From assembly GCA_023213395.1 (NCBI GenBank), contig CM041465.1:162881741-162945740 (forward strand): a DNA stretch of 64,000 nucleotides, read 5' to 3'. The notes under the pieces are model-generated. The model was not told the DNA's origin. It made no database searches and worked only from the letters and a program-made list of their open reading frames with translations. Positions 38,696-49,800 of this stretch are shown piece after piece. The position numbers and the translations under genes are program-made. Source of the DNA: Cycas panzhihuaensis. Lineage: Eukaryota; Plantae; Cycadophyta. The stretch's first letter is position 1; each line of letters starts with the position of its first letter.

Positions 38696-41600
38696 ATTGG
38701 GAATAAAAAAATAACGATTAGAGATTCTCTTAGAGGAAAAGTGAAAAGGTGTTGACCTTTAACAGTAGGTGAATAAAGTGAATAAGTCAGAAAAATAATT
38801 CCATTGATAGACGTTGAATAAAAATGAACATTAAGTTACTTTGCCATTGACAAAAAATTACAAAAAAAAGTTTAATAGTCATTCATCAAGAAATGTAAGA
38901 TTTTTAATCAAGAATTTGTAAAAAGATAACAATTGCATATTAGCGCCATAATATAAAGTGAAATGATTAACTATTGCATGTTAATAACATCGTTTGTAAG
39001 AGAAAATAATAGTTTAAGAAAGCTTATAAATTTATGAAGAAGTATATAAATAAATAATGTTCTTACTTAATAAATTAAGGAAATAATCAATTGTTTATTA
39101 AATTATGGAAAAAATATTAAAAATTTTAAGGGTTAAGAATATGTACCTGAACTTACCTAGTCAACAAAGTAGGTTTGATTTCAAATAAGAATCTACTAAT
39201 CAAAATAATATCAAAAAATCTTAATAGACTAGTCAAAACATCTATGACTGAGTCAGGAATCTGACGCTTCTTCCATGATTGGATTCTAACTCTGTATGAA
39301 GAAGTTATGGGGAAAAAAGCATAGGTACCCCTTTATGCTTAAAAATATAAAAAAAATAAAAAATGAATTTGAAATTTAAGCCCCTTTGAAGATTATATTA
39401 TGGTCATATTAAAAATTGATGTGACCGGGGGGCTGGCAGGTCTAGGGTCTCAAGAACTTATAGACCCGAATCAATCATTCAATTTAGTTTAATTAATACA
39501 AACTTTAAAAAAATAAATAATGAACTATTTGGGCAGATCTAAAATACTTCAAAAAAAAAAATGAAAGGTTTCTTTTTCTTGCATATGCATTCGACTGTTG
39601 TGATAGAACCCTAATCAGGTTTTACCAGGGGAAAACAGAGGATTTTGGCATGTGATGATTGAGTATCAATAATACTCTATAACTTTAGCATCAACTTTTC
39701 TCTGTGAAACAACATCTTTAGACAGAGCCATGGGTTAGTACTTCTCTGTTTCTCTGTGAGAAGTTCACATCATCGTGTACCTTCATCCATTGGCGTTAAG
39801 GGTTAATGATAGCGTGAAGCTATATCGTTTGTCTCTCATGGCACCAGCTCTACTCACTATTACTCCATCATCTCAAACTATTTCCAGTCATGGATTTACC
39901 CTTAAAAAATCTATCCTTGATTGTCAGAAGTGAGATGTCGAAGGTTCCATCCCTGACATCAAAGATTAGATCGTTCTTCTTCCCGACGTTGGGTACCTTC
40001 TTGCCTAGATGTAAGTTATAGACATGGTCATTGGCTCGTTAATGATACTCGAGTTTTTAATGCGTGAGTCATGTATATATTAGTAAAGCAGTGTCCTATT
40101 TTATCATGGTCTTCAGCTTGGTGGAGTTATCTTTGCCATGTAGCATTTTTGGCTTCATGAGGCACTACACATCAATATCTTCTAAGTAATCATAGTCTTT
40201 ACCATGAGTTTAGTGAGCAGCCTTCCACATGAGCCATAACTTCATAAATCATGTATTTGTCATCTCTCCAGAGTGTCATGGATGCCTGGTAGAGGTTTTA
40301 GTTATATACAAAACACATTGCCATTTGCATGATGTTACTAGAGAGCAGTGTTATGAATCTAGTAAGGCATCTTCATCTTCATGAGTATCATAAGACGTCT
40401 TCTGCTTTGACAGTCATTGGTAGACCTGGCTCTGATACCATGTTGGAGAGAGGGTACATAAACAAGAAGTAAATATAAATGCAAGACCCATTCAAAACCA
40501 CAAGTGCACCAGATCTGGTAGTTGGAAAACCCCTTTAGGGGATAAAAAACCACCTCGTGAATAATAATAATATTATAATAATAAGGACTGTACATTTGAA
40601 CAAGTTGAGGATCTCATCCTCCCTCTCATATTAACCTACCTACATACCAATATATTATCTCCTAAATCTTCTAGCTAGCCAATGTATGAAAGATTCTGGA
40701 ATAAATAAGAAAGGAGTTCATTGATTTGGACAGTTAGCCAAATCACTACACTTTTGTAATAAGACAAATAAACTTAATAATAAAATATAACATTAGAGTT
40801 AATACTAACACAAGGTATATTTTAGATATTAGATGATAAAGATTTTAATGGATAACAATGATTAAATTATTTTTGACATGATAAAAGATGTAAATTTTGA
40901 GTAGATTAAAATTTGATTTAGTATATTTTGATTCTTTTAAGGGCTCTTGAGATTATGATAATGAGACTAATGATAGGTGATAAAAGAAAATATAAATTTC
41001 ATTTAAAATGAAGATATTTAAGTCTTATTTATGACAGTTTAAGGCTTAAAATAAATAAAATTTTTGATGGGGGTTTCTTAACTATGTTGGACATGATTAA
41101 ATCCACCTTGGCATTCATATAATTGATTTGTGGAATTATAGTTAGTAATAAAATATCATGATCACCTGATTTATTATTAATTATATGATGATGATAGCAC
41201 ATAATTTTTATTGATAAAGGACCTAGTTATTGTTTCTAGTTGATGTTAGAAAGTTATTGAAAAAATATTTATTTACCCACATATTTATGAGTATGAAGAA
41301 AAAATCTCATATATTGTTTACTTGACATCAAAATTAATTATTGAAGAGTCTAGTTAATATTAGATATGTGTTTCTCAATAAAAAATTTGATTCTCATGTA
41401 TGACAAGAGGCACGAGAATACATTATTTATGTTATCTTATTATAACTAACTTAACTTAGCTAGGTGGTACACTCTATTTCTAGAGTTAGTATATTCAATT
41501 TATTAATGTTAATGATATTTATTAGTTATCAAAAGAAAGCTACTAATGCGTGCACACATGGAGAAAGGACATATATATATCTTACACATAAAAGGCAAGA

Positions 41601-42623
41601 AAAAATTTTACAAGCTACTCTTGTATAACACATATCAAGTGTTATTATTCTCATATATAAGAGACAAGATATTCATGTTGTTCATATACAACAAATTGAC
41701 TTAACAACTAGGGTTATTTTAATAGTTTGCTTTATATGTTGATGAATCACGTATAAGAAACACTTCTTAGAGAACTATCAATTACAAAGGTTAGTTACGA
41801 TGTACTTCAGTAGATGGTTATTTTATATAAATATTAATAATCAATTTTATTTATGAGATTGTTGAAATAACTGAGTTGATAATGTTGATGTTTATAGTAA
41901 CTTTACAGTAAAGATATGAAGTTATAGATGTTGAGAATACAAGGTCCAACCCTTTAACTGCCACCAAGATCTATTACTTTCTTACAAGTAGTTACAGAAA
42001 TCGAAACATAAAATTACATGTAAGTTCTAAAATTAGAGATTATACAGTAACAAGAAAATGAAAGCCCAACATCACGTGTACCCAATATAACATGGTAAAA
42101 CCCTAACAGTGTGCTAGGGAAACATCCACATAGGAAATGTATCGATCTTTATTGCTACAGAATGGAGAAACAGTACATCACAGTTACAGAGTGCTCTCTA
42201 GAACAACAATCAACTCGCCCTCTTCACGATGCGATTGCATAACATTACAACATAATAAGAAAAGCCCTAAAACGGGCTACATGAGAAGAACATCCAAGAC
42301 CTAAATCACAACTGTAGAATCTAGGGTATTTGTATCCAGTGGCCCTGATTCTCTTTACATTTTGATAAGGTTTACATGGCTAATTTTTCAGGTCGAGGGC
42401 TATCACCCCTGAACCTCCTCCTAGCGGGGGGCGTTCTACACCCTCGCACCCATCGACCAAGGGGGGCTCCTACCCCCCTTGGAACCCCCAAGAAAGATTA
42501 GTGGGCGAAACCACACTGAAAATATGCCATAATTTTAGGCCTATAATTGTTGTCATAATACCCAACAATCTCCACCTTGACAACAATTACCCGGTACCTT
42601 TCCTGGATCCTTCATCATCTTTT

Positions 42624-45600
42624 CTACAAGCCAAGAGAAGTCAAACACCATTTGAACTTCTCTAATGGTACTGGTTTTGTGAATATATCAATACAATTCT
42701 GATTGGTGTGAATCTTCTCAAGTGCTACTCCACCTGCTTCCACAACTTGTCTAACAAAATGGTACTTAAGAGTAATATGCTTTGTTCTACTGTGATAAGC
42801 TAGATTTTTGGCTAGGTAAATGGCACTTTGACTGTCACAAAATACCTTTAAATTTTCCTGTCTCCTTCCAAGCTCAACCAATAGACCCTGTAACTAGATT
42901 GCTTCTTTACAAGTATGTGCTGTAATAACATATTCAACTTCTATGGTTGACAGTGCAATTATGCTCTGCAATTTGGACATCCAACTAACTGGACCATTTG
43001 CAAGAGTAAAAACATAACCTAAAGTAGACCTTCTTTTGTCTAAATCTTCTGCAAAGTCTGAAACGGCATATCCATAAACCTGATTACCTGTACCTCTAAA
43101 GGTGATGCAGTAGTCACTCATGCCTCTCAAATACTGAAGCACCCATTTCACTGCAGTCTAATGTTCCTTTCCTCGATTTGCCATAAACTTGCTAACTACA
43201 CTGACTGCATGTGAAATATCAGGTCTTATACATACCATGGCATACATCAAACTTCTTACTACACTGGCATAAGGCACATGAGACATATAAGCCTTTTCTT
43301 CTTCACTACTAAGACTCATATTAGATGAAAGCTTGAAGTGGGAAGCCAATGGGATACTTACTAGTTTCACATTTTCCATTCCAAACTTGGTTAGCACCTT
43401 CTCCACATATTTCTACTGTGATAACCATAGCTTACTACTTTTCCTGTCTCTATGTATCTCCATGCCTAAGATTTATTTTGTAGCTCCTAGATCCTTCATA
43501 TCAAAAGTCCTAGCCAATTGAGCCTTTAGCTTATTGATTTCTACCATGCTCTTGCTTGCAACTAGCATGTCATCAACATATAATACCAAGATAATGAATA
43601 ATCCATTGTCCATAAATTTAAAGTAAACACAATGATCATACTCACTTCTTTTAAAATTTTGGCTCTCTATGAAGGTATCAAACTTCTTGTACCACTGCCT
43701 GGGTGATTGCTTCAGGCCATACAATGATTTCCTGAGCCTGCAAACAAGTCTTTTCTTGCCATCTTATACAAACCCCTCTGGTTGATCCATATAGATCTCC
43801 TCATCTAAATCTCCATGTAAAAAAGTTGTTTTTACATCTAACTGCTCCAACTCCAAATCAAGAGAAGCTACCAATACTAACAGCACTCTAATTGAAACAA
43901 GTTTAACAACTGGTGAAAAGATCTCCTGAAAGTTAATACATGCTTTCTGTGCAAAACCTTTAGCCACCAATCTTGCCCTGTATTTATCAACCTTTCCATC
44001 AACATCTGTTTTCTTTTTTGAAAACCCACCTACAACCAACAGTCTTCTTGCCATGTGGAAGTTCTACCAAGTCCCATGAATTATTTTTCTTTAAGGAATC
44101 TATCTCTTCCTGCATAGCCCTTATCCACTTCTCTCCATGGATATCTTCTACTGCTTCCTGATAAAATATGGGCTTACCATCATTAAAAATTAAAGCAATA
44201 GAAATAGAAGGGTTGTACCTATCAGATGGATGACTAACTTGTGTAGATCTTCTAATTGTTGGCAGAGGAGTGTCCACATACTCCTATGAATCTGCTGATG
44301 ATTCATCTTCAGAAAGATCTTCATGCTTTTCTGATTCCACATATGGCTGCATTTCAAACTTAACTTGTTGATGTTCATCTTGTTGCTCCTGTTTCATTTC
44401 AGCTTCTACACTATCTGATTTTACAAGGGGAGATTCATCAAATATGACATCTCTGTTAATGATGATTTTGTGGGCAGTAGGATTCCACAACCTGTATCCC
44501 TTCACACCATCCTTATCACCATAACCAATAAAGATATATCTCTTAGATTTTGGGTCTAACTTTGAACATTTACTTTTGTCAGTCTAGGCATAAGCATCAC
44601 AACCAAAAACTTTTAAATTTGAATAATCACACGGATGTCCAGTCCATACCTCTTCAAGAATCTTGCAATCTATTATAACTGGTGGTGGCCTGTTTACCAG
44701 ATAGCAAGCTGTTTGAACAGCTTCTGCCCACAAGCCCTGCTCCACTCCTATATTACTTAGCATGCTTCTTGCTCTTTCTAAAAGTGTCCTATTCATGCAC
44801 TCAACAATGCCATTTTACTATGGAGTATAGCTAGTGGTCTTGTGTCTTTCGATCCTAGCTTCTTTACAATAGTTCTCAAACTCTAAGGAGTTGAACTCAC
44901 CTCGATTGTTATTTCTTAAACATTTGATTGTCTTACCAATACTGTTCTCAACTAAAGCCTTGAACTGCTTAAACACACTAAAAACTTCAGATTTCTTTTT
45001 CAAAAAATAGACCCATACCTTCCTGGAGTAATCATCTATAAATGTGACAAAATATAATGATCCTCCATAAGATATTTTAGGGTCTAGTCCCTATATATCT
45101 GAATGTATGTAATCCAAAATGCCTTTACTAGTGTGACTTCCTACTTTAAACCTGAGTCTACACTATTTTCCAAAAACACAATGTTTACAAAAAGCCAAGT
45201 CTGAAAGCTGCAAGTTAGGAAGTAACTTACAGTTTATTAGCATCTTAAGTCCTCTCTCACTCATGTGCCCAAGTCTCTAATGCCATAGCTGAGCTAGATC
45301 TTCTGCAGTCTTTGACACTATAGCTGCTTGGCTGACATCTATACTTCCCACTAAAATGTAAAGATTTCCTCTATTTAAGGCTTTTATAAGAACCAAGGTA
45401 CCCTTTGACACCTTTAGGACTCCTCCATGACCTGTATGTTTAAAACCACCCGAATCTAATTCACCCAAGGAAATTATATTCCTTTTTAAATTAGGTACAT
45501 GTCTGACCTCAGTTAATGTTATGACTACCCCATCAAACATCTTAATTCTGATGCTACTAATGCCCACTATCTTACAAGAAACTTCGTTTCCCATTAGCAC

Positions 45601-46542
45601 ATCACCACTATCAAGAGGTTGGTATGATGAGAACCAACTCCTGTGTGGACACATGTGATGCGAAGCACCTTAATGTAATAATCAGTCATGGTGATAATGA
45701 GAAACATTACAAGCAACCAAGACATCATCATCCATACCTTGATTTGACTCCACTTGATTCGCCTCCTTAGCAGGATCTTTCTTTTTTTAGAACTCCTTCC
45801 TTTTATAACAATCCTTCTTGAGGTGACCGGTCTTATTACAATACCAATACCTGAGCTTACTCTTTTTGCTCTTTGATTTGGATCTCGATGTATCCCTGGA
45901 GTTTTGTCCTCTCTCAAACGTTCTACCCCTTACTGTCATGGCTTCTGGTGTGGAGGTTTCAAGACTAGACTTCCTCTGCACTTCTTCCATTAGTAAAGCA
46001 CTCACAATAGAGTCATATTCCAAATCATTTGTAGTGCTAAAACTAATTAAGGTGACAATATTATCCCAGGATTCAGGTAATGAGCATAACAGGGTAACTG
46101 CCTTGTCCTCATCCTCAATTTTAACATCGATACTAGTCAATTAACAAATAAGAGTATAGAAAATATTTAAATGGTTAGCAATTTTTGTACCTTCCTTCAT
46201 CTGTAACGAGTACAGTTGCCTCTTCAGGTAGATTTGATTTGTTACTGATTTAGTCATATGCAGGCCTTCCAATTGGGTCCATAATCCTACTACCATCTGG
46301 TCCCCTGCAATGTTAAACAAAACTTCATCTGCCAAGCATAATCGTATTGTGCTAAGTGCCTTTTTGTCTAAATCATCCCATTCTTCATCGTCCATCCCCG
46401 CGGGTTTCTTCAACTTGCCTACAAGGGCTTTGTACAAACCCTGATGTACAAGAATATCATACGCTTTTAGCTTCCATAACTTGAAGTTGTTCTTGCCATT
46501 GAATTTCTCTACCTCAAACTTTGCACTCACTAGTTTCACCAT
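42624..46542 (-). pseudogene. E5 gag-pol pseudogene (Tnt1-like)
   Basis: AKFEVEKFNGKNNFKLWK, LLCSLPESWD, YCNKTGHLKKDC, HMCPHRSWF, MNRTLLERARSML, QLDVKTTFLHGDL, LYVDDMLVA, HSRTKHI. Confidence 0.95.
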
Positions 46543-46778
46543 TTGGTGTAGAAAATCTGACACCAAAACCTTCACAAACTCACTGCAAGAAAAAGAGCGA
46601 CTCTAATACCACTTGTTGAGAATACAAGGTCCAACCCTTTAACTGCCACCAAGATCTATTACTTTCTTATAACTAGTTATAGAAATCGAAACATAAAATT
46701 ACATGCAAGTTCTAAAATTAGAGATTATACAGTAACAAGAAAATGAAAGCCAAACATCACATGTGCACCTAATATAAC

Positions 46779-46816
46779 GTGGTAAAACCCTAGCAGTATG
46801 CTAGGGAAACATCCAC
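46779..46816 (-). promoter_or_regulatory. ENE-like hairpin in E5 LTR (copy at 42091-42130)
   Basis: Minus strand GTGG ATGTTT CCCTAGCA TAC TGCTAGGG TTTTA CCAC. Confidence 0.65.
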
Positions 46817-49800
46817 ATAGGAAAGATATCGATCTTTATTACTGCTCTAGAATGGAGAAACAGTACATCGCAATTACAGAGTGCTCTCTGGAACAACAAT
46901 CAGCCACTGCCCTCTTCATGGTACATTGCATAACATTACAACATAATAAGAAAAGCCCTAAAATGGGCTACATGAGAGGAACATCCAAGACCTAAATCAC
47001 AACCGTAGAATCTAGGGTATTTCTATCGAATGACCATGATTCTCTTTACATTTTAATAAGGTTTACATGGCTAATTTTTTGGGTTAGGGACTATCGCCCC
47101 TGAACCCCCTCCTAACGGGGGGCGTTCCACACCCCCCAGCCAAGGGGGGCTCCCACCCCCCTTGGAACCCCCCGAGAAAGATTAGGGGGGGAAACCGCAC
47201 CGAAAACATGCCATAATTTTAGGCCTATAATTGTTGTCACAATACCTAATAACGGAGAAGAAAATCTCATATAAATATGACAAGTAAAAGTTATAAATTG
47301 AGATTGATTATTTGGTTGATTGGTGATTAGTATATAGATTTATATGTGATTAATTACAATTATTCATAGTAGATCACTAATGATTATAGATAACTATAGA
47401 ATGATTTATTGACAAATTTATAGGTTATATATGATACAACTTAATTTAGATTGATATAATTTGATGTAGATTCTAGTATATGAAAAAATATAAAGAAATG
47501 AAGGCTAAGGTTAAAGAGTATAAAATTAAAAATTGAAGACATTAAACATTAAGGGAGAGTGTTGAAATATATGATTATTCTCATATATATAATGTTTAAT
47601 ATAATAGTATGATATCATATAAACCCACACCTAAAAGCATCGATAAGTGTGACATGTATACATATTCATACATACATCATATTGGATGACAAAAAATCTC
47701 AAATATACTATAGCCTATTCATGGGGTAACATAATCTATAATCATATACACATACCACTTGAAACCTTAAGAAAGGAAGAGAAAGATTAAGTTCAGAGAT
47801 GTAATCATTTTGAGATCATAATAAATTGAAACTATCAACTCTAACCTTCTCTCATGATTTCTTTTATCTTAGGTTTTCCATGTATAAATCTATTGTCTCT
47901 TCTAATGCATGTTTATCATTTATTATGGTGATGTTTATTACTTTATATTCATGATATTGTTTGATATGTTGATCATATATTATTATATTTATGTGCATAA
48001 TCCTTATGATATAATTGCTTTATTATACTTTATTGATATACTTCCATTATATAAATAAGTACATTCTAATATGATATCAAAAAAATTAAAATTTTCAATA
48101 AAAATTAAAACTATATACATTTAATGGTTATCTATGAAACATAGGAAAATGATATAAGATATATCATTTTTTTTCCCACTTAATAGCTTATTAAAAGAAT
48201 GATGGATCATCCCACTAGAAATAAAATTATAATTATACATTTATTGCAATAAAATTTAGGAATAAGTGCAAAAAATGAAAATATTAAACCATTTAATACT
48301 TTACAAATGATAAAAAATATTCAAATCTGTGTTTTATGACACAAAGTAAAAACTATTTAATTGGTCCTCTTATATATACATCATATTAATCCCTATGGGA
48401 TTTATTTACAAATGTATAGAATCTTAACATCAAGGTTTAGCTTAGTAAGATAATAGTACAAAAATACTACCTCACTTATAAATGTAGGTTAGCAATCTAT
48501 CAATAAATGAAAAGCCACAAGTAATATGATCAAAATGAGACTATAAGAAGCTATCTTGATCATTTGTAATAATACCAATTTTTAAATATAAACAAGAATA
48601 GAAATTAAAATAATAATTTTATCCCAAAATTTGCAAAGATAGTAGAAGCTAAAAAACTATTTCTAATAGCAAAAGAATAAAGCAAATAAAATAATATGGG
48701 CTAGACCCACTATGAAAAATGGTTTGAACATTATCAAGATTAAGTTTAGCTAAGAAACTAATATTTTTTAGAGTCCATATAAATACTAAAACTCCTGACT
48801 AACCTTATAACAAACACTAGGAGTTCATGTTAATTTTAATGCTTCTTTGGAGGATTTCTAGCATCTTATTTTACATGGGAAGTGATTTGAGCAAGAGCTT
48901 AGAGTAACGTAGTGATTACAAAGGCTTTTATATACAAATATTTAAAAAATTTAACTCCAAAATAGCCTTTATATTACCACTACTAGCATGCATTCCAATG
49001 TGAAATGAATAGTAAAAACCTAAATGAAATTCATTTGTTAATTTTTATAAAGGTTGAAATACCCTCATGGTGAATATATTATGATGATGTGATTAGGTTC
49101 ACTTTATGACTTAGATTCAAATCCTTACTATAAATATTAATTACATAAAAGTATATGTGAAACTAAAAGTTATAGCACTATAGGATATACTATAGAGATA
49201 AGACATGGTAAATAAATTATAAATTAGTGTGGGTACCTGTTAGGTGTTAATTTTATATTTTGTGAATTAATAGATATCATAGATCCTACATGGTAACTAT
49301 AGGTGGACTGCAAAACCTGCATATCCATCGCTAAAGTAGTAGTTAGTAGGTAGTTAATTAGTTAGTTATATAAGTGTTTGGTTACCATAGTTGTATATAT
49401 ATTAATTTCTTGATTAGTAGGGAATTCCTTTGGGTGATCTAAGAACTCTGTGATGTGTAACAATGTCAAGGTTGTAATAGAAGATATATATGCTTATAAC
49501 ATTATATTATCTTTATATATGAGATTATGGATTAGACCATGGCACTATATTATTCTGCAAAGGATGCAATATTGGTTCTATTATTGAAAATGAGTTTAGC
49601 ATCTCCTAACAGGAGTTTGATTGTAGAGGTGTGGATGGTAGAACTAATATGAATGGCATCAAAGAAGGAGAAACCTAAATTGTTAACCTATAAGTAGCAA
49701 TGATAGCATTGAGATCAAGTGAAATTAGAAGGAATATATCTAGGGGAGAGAAGTAGGGAAAGGTCTAAGTAGAAGTAGTCATCAAAAGAATAAGAAAAAG

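Larger units (their letters stand above)
34048..40810 (-). mobile_element. Full-length Ty1/Copia E4 (decayed), LTRs 34048-34424 and 40441-40810, TSD CAAGG
   Basis: TG..CA LTRs; PBS at 40429-40440 (TGGTATCAGAGC on -); PPT TTAAAGGGGGA on - at 34425-34435; CAAGG at 34043-34047 and 40811-40815. Confidence 0.97.
41929..47251 (-). mobile_element. Full-length Ty1/Copia E5 of Tnt1/Tork type, LTRs 41929-42567 and 46614-47251
   Basis: LTRs of about 639 bp; PBS at 46600-46611; PPT AAGGTGGAGAT on - at 42568-42578; degenerate TSD ATAGA/ACGGA. Confidence 0.96.
31355..48100 (+). mobile_element. Old Copia-like LTR element E6 (LTRs 31355-31873 and 47560-48100, TSD AAAAT) hosting E4 and E5; internal region very decayed and apparently lacking RT/RH
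   Basis: LTRs are colinear (CCCACACCTAAAAGCAT.GATAAGTGTG etc.). Degenerate PBS AGGTGTTAGAGC at 31874-31885, PPT AAGGGAGAG at 47551-47559, AAAAT at 31350-31354 and 48101-48105. Confidence 0.85.
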
